Assembly: GCA_965235115.1 (NCBI GenBank)
Contig: OZ249440.1
Location: forward strand, 33,978,001-34,042,000
DNA length: 64,000 nt
Source: Laetmonice hystrix
Taxonomy: Eukaryota
Reading direction: 5' to 3'
Part shown: in pieces, positions 49,001-61,000 of the stretch
Layout of the letters: every line of letters begins with the position of its first letter
Position numbering within the stretch: the stretch's first letter is position 1
Program-made: the position numbers and the translations under genes
Notes under the pieces: generated by a model
What the model saw: the letters and a program-made list of their open reading frames with translations, nothing else
Databases searched by the model: none
What the model was told of the DNA's origin: nothing

Positions 49001-52000
49001 GAGTGTATACCTCCCCCACCCCTCCCCTCACAGACTGGTATCTCAGTCAGTGACCATACACGGTCAGAGTGTATACCTCCCCCACCCCTCCCCTCACAGA
49101 CTGGTATCTTAGTCAGTGACCATACACGGCCAGAGTGTATACCTCCGCCACCACGCCCCCTCACAGACTGGTATCTCAGTCAGTGACCATACACGGTCAG
49201 AGTGTATACCTCCCCCACCCCGCCCCCTCACAGACTGGTATCTCAGTCAGTGACCATACACGATCAGAGTGTATACCTCCCCCACCCCTCCCCTCACAGA
49301 CTGGTATCTCAGTCAGTGACCATACACGGTCAGAGTGTATACCTCCCCCACCACGCCCCCTCACAGACTGGTATCTCAGTCAGTGACCATACACGGTCAG
49401 AGTGTATACCTCCCCCACCACGCCCCCTCACAGACTGGTATCTCAGTGTCAGTGACCATACACGGTCAGAGTGTATACCTCCCCCACCCCTCCCCTCACA
49501 GACTGGTATCTCAGTCAGTGACCATACACGGTCAGAGTGTATACCTCCCCCACCCCGCCCACTCACAGACTGGTATCTCAGTCAATGACCATACACGGTC
49601 AGAGTGTATACCTCCCCCACCCCTCCCACTCACAGACTGGTATCTCAGTGTCAGTGACCATACACGGTCAGAGTGTATATCTCCCCCACCCCGCCCCTTC
49701 ACAGACTGGTATCTTAGTCAGTGACCATACACGGTCAGAGTGTATACCTCCCCCACCCTTCCCCTCACAGACTGGTATCTCAGTCAGTGACCATACACGG
49801 TCGGAGTGCATACCTCCACCACCCCTCCCCTGACAGACTGGTATCTCAGTCAGTGACCATACACGGTGAGAGTGTATACCCCCCCCACCCCACCCACTCA
49901 CAGACTGGTATCTCAGTCAATGACCATACACGGTCAGAGTGTATACCTCCCCCACCCCACCCACTCACAGACTGGTATCTCAGTCAGTGACCATGCTCGG
50001 TCAGAGTGTATACCTCCCCCACACCGCCCCCTCACAGACTGGTATCTCAGTCAGTGACCATACACGGTCAGAGTGTATACCTCCCCCACCACGCCCCCTC
50101 ACAGACTGGTATCTCAGTGTCAGTGACCATACACGGTCAGAGTGTATACCTCCCCCACCCCTCCCCTCACAGACTGGTATCTCAGTCAGTGACCATACAC
50201 GGTCAGAGTGTATGCCTCCCCCACCCCTCCCCTCACAGACTGGTATCTCAGTCAGTGACCATACACGGTGAGAGTGTATACCTCCCCCACCCCGCCCACT
50301 CACAGACTGGTATCTCAGTCAATGACCATACACGGTCAGAGTGTATACCTCCCCCACCCCTCCCACTCACAGACTGGTATCTCAGTGTCAGTGACCATAC
50401 ACGGTCAGAGTGTATATCTCCCCCACCCCGCCCCTTCACAGACTGGTATCTTAGTCAGTGACCATACACGGTCAGAGTGTATACCTCCCCCACCCTTCCC
50501 CTCACAGACTGGTATCTCAGTCAGTGACCATACACGGTCAGAGTGTATACCTCCACCACCCCTCCCCTCACAGACTGGTATCTCAGTCAGTGACCATACA
50601 CGGTCAGAGTGTATACCTCCCCCACCCCACCCCCTCACAGACTGGTATCTCAGTCAGTGACCATACACGGTCAGAGTGTATACCTCCCCCACCCCACCCA
50701 CTCACAGACTGGTATCTCAGTCAGTGACCATACACGGTCAGAGTGTATATCTCCCCCACCCCGCCCCTTCACAGACTGGTATCTCAGTCAGTGACCATAC
50801 ACGGTCAGAGTGTATACCTCCCCCACCCCACCCACTCACAGACTGGTATCTCAGTCAGTGACCATACACGGTCAGAGTGTATGCCTCCCCCACCCACTCA
50901 CAGACTGGTATCTCAGTCAGTAACCATACACGATCAGAGTGTATACCTCCCCCACCCCACCCACTCACAGACTGGTATCTCAGTCAGTGACCATACACGG
51001 TCAGAGTGTATATCTCCCCCACCCCACCCACTCACAGACTGGTATCTCAGTCAGTGACCATGCACGGTCAGAGTGTATACCTCCCCCACACCGCCCCCTC
51101 ACAGACTGGTATCTCAGTCAGTGACCATACACGGTCAGAGTGTATACCTCCCCCACCACGCCCCCTCACAGACTGGTATCTCAGTGTCAGTGACCATACA
51201 CGGTCAGAGTGTATACCTCCCCCACCCCTCCCCTCACAGACTGGTATCTCAGTCAGTGACCATACACGGTCAGAGTGTATGCCTCCCCCACCCCTCCCCT
51301 CACAGACTGGTATCTCAGTCAGTGACCATACACGGTGAGAGTGTATACCTCCCCCACCCCGCCCACTCACAGACTGGTATCTCAGTCAATGACCATACAC
51401 GGTCAGAGTGTATACCTCCCCCACCCCTCCCACTCACAGACTGGTATCTCAGTGTCAGTGACCATACACGGTCAGAGTGTATATCTCCCCCACCCCGCCC
51501 CTTCACAGACTGGTATCTTAGTCAGTGACCATACACGGTCAGAGTGTATACCTCCCCCACCCTTCCCCTCACAGACTGGTATCTCAGTCAGTGACCATAC
51601 ACGGTCAGAGTGTATACCTCCACCACCCCTCCCCTCACAGACTGGTATCTCAGTCAGTGACCATACACGGTCAGAGTGTATACCTCCCCCACCCCACCCC
51701 CTCACAGACTGGTATCTCAGTCAGTGACCATACACGGTCAGAGTGTATACCTCCCCCACCCCACCCACTCACAGACTGGTATCTCAGTCAGTGACCATAC
51801 ACGGTCAGAGTGTATATCTCCCCCACCCCGCCCCTTCACAGACTGGTATCTCAGTCAGTGACCATACACGGTCAGAGTGTATACCTCCCCCACCCCACCC
51901 ACTCACAGACTGGTATCTCAGTCAGTGACCATACACGGTCAGAGTGTATGCCTCCCCCACCCACTCACAGACTGGTATCTCAGTCAGTAACCATACACGA

Positions 52001-55000
52001 TCAGAGTGTATACCTCCCCCACCCCACCCACTCACAGACTGGTATCTCAGTCAGTGACCATACACGGTCAGAGTGTATATCTCCCCCACCCCGCCCCTTC
52101 ACAGACTGGTATCTCAGTCAGTGACCATACACGGTCAGAGTGTATACCTCCCCCACCCCACCCACTCACAGACTGGTATCTCAGTCAGTGACCATACACG
52201 GTCAGAGTGTATACCTCCCCCACCCCTCCCACTCACAGACTGGTATCTCAGTCTCAGTGACCATACACGGTCAGAGTGTATACCTCCCCCACCCCTCCCC
52301 TCACAGACTGGTATCTCAGTCAGTGACCATACACGGTCAGAGTGTATACCTCCACCACCCCTCCCCTCACAGACTGGTATCTCAGTCAGTGACCATACAC
52401 GGTCAGAGTGTATACCTCCCCCACCCCACCCCCTCACAGACTGGTATCTCAGTCAGTGACCATACACGGTCAGAGTGTATACCTCCCCCACCCCACCCAC
52501 TCACAGACTGGTATCTCAGTCAGTGACCATACACGGTCAGAGTGTATATCTCCCCCACCCCGCCCCTTCACAGACTGGTATCTCAGTCAGTGACCATACA
52601 CGGTCAGAGTGTATACCTCCCCCACCCCACCCACTCACAGACTGGTATCTCAGTCAGTGACCATACACGGTCAGAGTGTATACCTCCCCCACCCACTCAC
52701 AGATTGGTATCTCAGTCAGTAACCATACACGATCAGAGTGTATACCTCCCCCACCCCACCCACTCACAGACTGGTATCTCAGTGTCAGTGACCATACGCG
52801 GTCAGAGTGTATACCTCCCCCACCCCTCCCCTCACAGACTGGTATCTCAGTCAGTGACCATACACGGTGAGAGTGTATACCCCCCCCCCACCCCACCCAC
52901 TCACAGACTGGTATCTCAGTCAGTGACCATACACGGTCAGAGTGTATACCTCCCCCACCCCACCCACTCACAGACTGGTATCTCAGTCAGTGACCATACA
53001 CGGTCAGAGTGTATACCTCCCCCACCCACTCACAGATTGGTATCTCAGTCAGTAACCATACACGATCAGAGTGTATACCTCCCCCACCCCACCCACTCAC
53101 AGACTGGTATCTCAGTGTCAGTGACCATACGCGGTCAGAGTGTATACCTCCCCCACCCCTCCCCTCACAGACTGGTATCTCAGTCAGTGACCATACACGG
53201 TGAGAGTGTATACCCCCCCCCCCACCCCACCCACTCACAGACTGGTATCTCAGTCAATGACCATACACGGTCAGAGTGTATACCTCCCCCACCCCACCCA
53301 CTCACAGACTGGTATCTCAGTGTCAGTGACCATACACGGTCAGAGTGTATACCTCCCCCACCAGGCCCCCTCACAGACTGGTATCTCAGTGTCAGTGACC
53401 ATACACGGTCAGAGTGTATACCTCCCCCACCCCTCCCCTCACAGACTGGTATCTCAGTCAGTGACCATACACGGTCAGAGTGTATACCTCCCCCACCCCG
53501 CCCACTCACAGACTGGTATCTCAGTCAATGACCATACACGGTCAGAGTGTATACCTCCCCCACCCCTCCCACTCACAGACTGGTATCTCAGTCAGTGACC
53601 ATACACGGTCAGAGTGTATACCTCCCCCACCCCACCCACTCACAGACTGGTATCTCAGTCAGTGACCATACACGGTCAGAGTGTATACCTCCCCCACCCC
53701 ACCCACTCACAGACTGGTATCTCAGTCAGTGACCATACACGGTCAGAGTGTATATCTCCCCCACCCCTCCCCTCACAGACTGGTATCTCAGTCAGTGACC
53801 ATACACGGTCAGAGTGTATACCTCCCCCACCCCACCCACTCACAGACTGGTATCTCAGTCAGTGACCATACACGGTCAGAGTGTATACCTCCCCCACCCC
53901 ACCCACTCACAGACTGGTATCTCAGTCAGTGACCATACACGGTCAGAGTGTATATCTCCCCCACCCCGCCCCTTCACAGACTGGTATCTTAGTCAGTGAC
54001 CATACACGGTCAGAGTGTATACCTCCCCCACCCTTCCCCTCACAGACTGGTATCTCAGTCAGTGACCATACACGGTCAGAGTGTATACCTCCACCACCCC
54101 TCCCCTCACAGACTGGTATCTCAGTCAGTGACCATACACGGTCAGAGTGTATACCTCCCCCACCCCACCCACTCACAGACTGGTATCTCAGTCAGTGACC
54201 ATACACGGTCAGAGTGTATATCTCCCCCACCCCGCCCCTTCACAGACTGGTATCTCAGTCAGTGACCATACACGGTCAGAGTGTATACCTCCCCCACCCC
54301 ACCCACTCACAGACTGGTATCTCAGTCAGTGACCATACACGGTCAGAGTGTATACCTCCCCCACCCACTCACAGATTGGTATCTCAGTCAGTAACCATAC
54401 ACGATCAGAGTGTATACCTCCCCCACCCCACCCACTCACAGACTGGTATCTCAGTGTCAGTGACCATACGCGGTCAGAGTGTATACCTCCCCCACCCCTC
54501 CCCTCACAGACTGGTATCTCAGTCAGTGACCATACACGGTCAGAGTGCATACCTCCACCACCCCTCCCCTGACAGACTGGTATCTCAGTCAGTGACCATA
54601 CACGGTGAGAGTGTATACCCCCCCCCCCCACCCCACCCACTCACAGACTGGTATCTCAGTCAATGACCATACACGGTCAGAGTGTATACCTCCCCCACCC
54701 CACCCACTCACAGACTGGTATCTCAGTGTCAGTGACCATACACGGTCAGAGTGTATACCTCCCCCACCAGGCCCCCTCACAGACTGGTATCTCAGTGTCA
54801 GTGACCATACACGGTCAGAGTGTATACCTCCCCCACCCCTCCCCTCACAGACTGGTATCTCAGTCAGTGACCATACACGGTCAGAGTGTATACCTCCCCC
54901 ACCCCGCCCACTCACAGACTGGTATCTCAGTCAATGACCATACACGGTCAGAGTGTATACCTCCCCCACCCCTCCCACTCACAGACTGGTATCTCAGTCT

Positions 55001-58000
55001 CAGTGACCATACACGGTCAGAGTGTATACCTCCCCCACCCCTCCCCTCACAGACTGGTATCTCAGTCAGTGACCATACACGGTCAGAGTGTATACCTCCC
55101 CCACCCCACCCACTCACAGACTGGTATCTCAGTCAGTGACCATACACGGTCAGAGTGTATACCTCCCCCACCCCACCCACTCACAGACTGGTATCTCAGT
55201 CAGTGACCATACACGGTCAGAGTGTATATCTCCCCCACCCCGCCCCTTCACAGACTGGTATCTTAGTCAGTGACCATACACGGTCAGAGTGTATACCTCC
55301 CCCACCCTTCCCCTCACAGACTGGTATCTCAGTCAGTGACCATACACGGTCAGAGTGTATACCTCCACCACCCCTCCCCTCACAGACTGGTATCTCAGTC
55401 AGTGACCATACACGGTCAGAGTGTATACCTCCCCCACCCCACCCCCTCACAGACTGGTATCTCAGTCAGTGACCATACACGGTCAGAGTGTATACCTCCC
55501 CCACCCCACCCACTCACAGACTGGTATCTCAGTCAGTGACCATACACGGTCAGAGTGTATATCTCCCCCACCCCGCCCCTTCACAGACTGGTATCTCAGT
55601 CAGTGACCATACACGGTCAGAGTGTATACCTCCCCCACCCCGCCCACTCACAGACTGGTATCTCAGTCAGTGACCATACACGATCAGAGTGTATACCTCC
55701 CCCACCCCTCCCCTCACAGACTGGTATCTCAGTCAGTGACCATACACGGTCAGAGTGTATACCTCCACCACCCCTCCCCTCACAGACTGGTATCTCAGTC
55801 AGTGACCATACACGGTCAGAGTGTATACCTCCCCCACCCCACCCCCTCACAGACTGGTATCTCAGTCAGTGACCATACACGGTCAGAGTGTATACCTCCC
55901 CCACCCCACCCACTCACAGACTGGTATCTCAGTCAGTGACCATACACGGTCAGAGTGTATATCTCCCCCACCCCGCCCCTTCACAGACTGGTATCTCAGT
56001 CAGTGACCATACACGGTCAGAGTGTATACCTCCCCCACCCCACCCACTCACAGACTGGTATCTCAGTCAGTGACCATACACGGTCAGAGTGTATACCTCC
56101 CCCACCCACTCACAGATTGGTATCTCAGTCAGTAACCATACACGATCAGAGTGTATACCTCCCCCACCCCACCCACTCACAGACTGGTATCTCAGTGTCA
56201 GTGACCATACGCGGTCAGAGTGTATACCTCCCCCACCCCTCCCCTCACAGACTGGTATCTCAGTCAGTGACCATACACGGTCAGAGTGCATACCTCCACC
56301 ACCCCTCCCCTGACAGACTGGTATCTCAGTCAGTGACCATACACGGTGAGAGTGTATACCCCCCCCCACCCCACCCACTCACAGACTGGTATCTCAGTCA
56401 ATGACCATACACGGTCAGAGTGTATACCTCCCCCACCCCACCCACTCACAGACTGGTATCTCAGTGTCAGTGACCATACACGGTCAGAGTGTATACCTCC
56501 CCCACCAGGCCCCCTCACAGACTGGTATCTCAGTGTCAGTGACCATACACGGTCAGAGTGTATACCTCCCCCACCCCTCCCCTCACAGACTGGTATCTCA
56601 GTCAGTGACCATACACGGTCAGAGTGTATACCTCCCCCACCCCGCCCACTCACAGACTGGTATCTCAGTCAATGACCATACACGGTCAGAGTGTATACCT
56701 CCCCCACCCCTCCCACTCACAGACTGGTATCTCAGTCTCAGTGACCATACACGGTCAGAGTGTATACCTCCCCCACCCCTCCCCTCACAGACTGGTATCT
56801 CAGTCAGTGACCATACACGGTCAGAGTGTATACCTCCCCCACCCCACCCACTCACAGACTGGTATCTCAGTCAGTGACCATACACGGTCAGAGTGTATAC
56901 CTCCCCCACCCCACCCACTCACAGACTGGTATCTCAGTCAGTGACCATACACGGTCAGAGTGTATATCTCCCCCACCCCGCCCCTTCACAGACTGGTATC
57001 TTAGTCAGTGACCATACACGGTCAGAGTGTATACCTCCCCCACCCTTCCCCTCACAGACTGGTATCTCAGTCAGTGACCATACACGGTCAGAGTGTATAC
57101 CTCCACCACCCCTCCCCTCACAGACTGGTATCTCAGTCAGTGACCATACACGGTCAGAGTGTATACCTCCCCCACCCCACCCCCTCACAGACTGGTATCT
57201 CAGTCAGTGACCATACACGGTCAGAGTGTATACCTCCCCCACCCCACCCACTCACAGACTGGTATCTCAGTCAGTGACCATACACGGTCAGAGTGTATAT
57301 CTCCCCCACCCCGCCCCTTCACAGACTGGTATCTCAGTCAGTGACCATACACGGTCAGAGTGTATACCTCCCCCACCCCGCCCACTCACAGACTGGTATC
57401 TCAGTCAGTGACCATACACGATCAGAGTGTATACCTCCCCCACCCCTCCCCTCACAGACTGGTATCTCAGTCAGTGACCATACACGGTCAGAGTGTATAC
57501 CTCCCCCACCACGCCCCCTCACAGACTGGTATCTCAGTCAGTGACCATACACGGTCAGAGTGTATACCTCCCCCACCACGCCCCCTCACAGACTGGTATC
57601 TCAGTCAGTGACCATACACGGTCAGAGTGTATACCTCCCCCACCACGCCCCCTCACAGACTGGTATCTCAGTGTCAGTGACCATACACGGTCAGAGTGTA
57701 TACCTCCCCCACCCCTCCCCTCACAGACTGGTATCTCAGTCAGTGACCATACACGGTCAGAGTGTATACCTCCCCCACCCCTCCCACTCACAGACTGGTA
57801 TCTCAGTGTCAGTGACCATACACGGTCAGAGTGTATATCTCCCCCACCCCGCCCCTTCACAGACTGGTATCTTAGTGAGTGACCATACACGGTTAGAGTG
57901 TATACCTCCCCCACCCTTCCCCTCACAGACTGGTATCTCAGTCAGTGACCATACACGGTCAGAGTGTATCCCTCCACCACCCCTCCCCTCACAGACTGGT

Positions 58001-61000
58001 ATCTCAGTCAGTGACCATACACGGTCAGAGTGTATACCTCCCCCACCCCACCCCCTCACAGACTGGTATCTCAGTCAGTGACCATACACGGTCAGAGTGT
58101 ATACCTCCCCGACCCCACCCACTCACAGACTGGTATCTCAGTCAGTGACCATACACGGTCAGAGTGTATATCTCCCCCACCCCGCCCCTTCACAGACTGG
58201 TATCTCAGTCAGTGACCATACACGGTCAGAGTGTATACCTCCCCCACCCTTCCCCTCACAGACTGGTATCTCAGTCAGTGACCATACACGGTCAGAGTGT
58301 ATACCTCCACCACCCCTCCCCTCACAGACTGGTATCTCAGTCAGTGACCATACACGGTCAGAGTGTATACCTCCCCCACCCCACCCCCTCACAGACTGGT
58401 ATCTCAGTCAGTGACCATACACGGTCAGAGTGTATACCTCCCCCACCCCACCCACTCACAGACTGGTATCTCAGTCAGTGACCATACACGGTCAGAGTGT
58501 ATATCTCCCCCACCCCGCCCCTTCACAGACTGGTATCTCAGTCAGTGACCATACACGGTCAGAGTGTATACCTCCCCCACCCCACCCACTCACAGACTGG
58601 TATCTCAGTCAGTGACCATACACGGTCAGAGTGTATACCTCCCCCACCCACTCACAGACTGGTATCTCAGTCAGTAACCATACACGATCAGAGTGTATAC
58701 CTCCCCCACCCCACCCACTCACAGACTGGTATCTCAGTCAGTGACCATACACGGTCAAAGTGTATACCTCCCCCACCCCTCCCCTCACAGACTGACCGTG
58801 TATGGTCACTGACTGAGATACCAGTCTGTGAGGGGAGGGTAGGGGGAGGTATACACTGAGTGTATACCTCCCCCACCACGCCCCCTCACAGACTGGTATC
58901 TCAGTCAGTGACCATACACGGTCAGAGTGTATACCTCCCCCACCCCTCCCCTCACAGACTGGTATCTCAGTGTCAGTGACCATACGCGGTCAGAGTGTAT
59001 ACCTCCCCCACCCCTCCCCTCACAGACTGGTATCTCAGTCAGTGACCATACACGGTCAGAGTGTATACCTCCCCCACCACGCCCCCTCACAGACTGGTAT
59101 CTCAGTCAGTGACCATACACGGTCAGAGTGTATACCTCCCCCACCACGCCCCCTCACAGACTGGTATCTCAGTGTCAGTGACCATACGCGGTCAGAGTGT
59201 ATACCTCCCCCACCCCTCCCCTCACAGACTGGTATCTCAGTCAGTGACCATACACGGTCAGAGTGTATACCTCCCCCACCACGCCCCCTCACAGACTGGT
59301 ATCTCAGTCAGTGACCATACACGGTCAGAGTGTATACCTCCCCCACCACGCCCCCTCACAGACTGGTATCTCAGTGTCAGTGACCATACACGGTCAGAGT
59401 GTATACCTCCCCCACCCCTCCCCTCACAGACTGGTATCTCAGTCAGTGACCATACACGGTCAGAGTGTATACCTCCCCCACCCCACCCACTCACAGACTG
59501 GTATCTCAGTCAGTGACCATACACGGTCAGAGTGTATACCTCCACCACCCCTCCCCTCACAGACTGGTATCTCAGTCAATGACCATACACGGTCAGAGTG
59601 TATACCTCCCCCACCCCTCCCACTCACAGACTGGTATCTCAGTCTCAGTGACCATACACGGTCAGAGTGTATACCTCCCCCACCCCTCCCCTCACAGACT
59701 GGTATCTCAGTCAGTGACCATACACGGTCAGAGTGTATACCTCCCCCACCCACTCACAGACTGGTATCTCAGTCAGTAACCATACACGGTCAGAGTGTAT
59801 ACCTCCCCCACCCCACCCACTCACAGACTGGTATCTCAGTCAGTGACCATACACGGTCAGAGTGTATACCTCCCCCACCCACTCACAGACTGGTATCTCA
59901 GTCAGTGACCATACACGGTCAGAGTGTATACCTCCCCCACCCCACCCACTCACAGACTGGTATCTCAGTCAGTGACCATACACGGTCAGAGTGTATACCT
60001 CCCCCACCCCGCCCACTCACAGACTGGTATCTCAGTCAGTGACCATACACGATCAGAGTGTATACCTCCCCCACCCCTCCCCTCACAGACTGGTATCTCA
60101 GTCAGTGACCATACACGGTCAGAGTGTATACCTCCCCCACCACGCCCCCTCACAGACTGGTATCTCAGTCAGTGACCATACACGGTCAGAGTGTATACCT
60201 CCCCCACCACGCCCCCTCACAGACTGGTATCTCAGTCAGTGACCATACACGGTCAGAGTGTATACCTCCCCCACCACGCCCCCTCACAGACTGGTATCTC
60301 AGTGTCAGTGACCATACACGGTCAGAGTGTATACCTCCCCCACCCCTCCCCTCACAGACTGGTATCTCAGTCAGTGACCATACACGGTCAGAGTGTATAC
60401 CTCCCCCACCCCTCCCACTCACAGACTGGTATCTCAGTGTCAGTGACCATACACGGTCAGAGTGTATATCTCCCCCACCCCGCCCCTTCACAGACTGGTA
60501 TCTTAGTGAGTGACCATACACGGTTAGAGTGTATACCTCCCCCACCCTTCCCCTCACAGACTGGTATCTCAGTCAGTGACCATACACGGTCAGAGTGTAT
60601 CCCTCCACCACCCCTCCCCTCACAGACTGGTATCTCAGTCAGTGACCATACACGGTCAGAGTGTATACCTCCCCCACCCCACCCCCTCACAGACTGGTAT
60701 CTCAGTCAGTGACCATACACGGTCAGAGTGTATACCTCCCCGACCCCACCCACTCACAGACTGGTATCTCAGTCAGTGACCATACACGGTCAGAGTGTAT
60801 ATCTCCCCCACCCCGCCCCTTCACAGACTGGTATCTCAGTCAGTGACCATACACGGTCAGAGTGTATACCTCCCCCACCCTTCCCCTCACAGACTGGTAT
60901 CTCAGTCAGTGACCATACACGGTCAGAGTGTATACCTCCACCACCCCTCCCCTCACAGACTGGTATCTCAGTCAGTGACCATACACGGTCAGAGTGTATA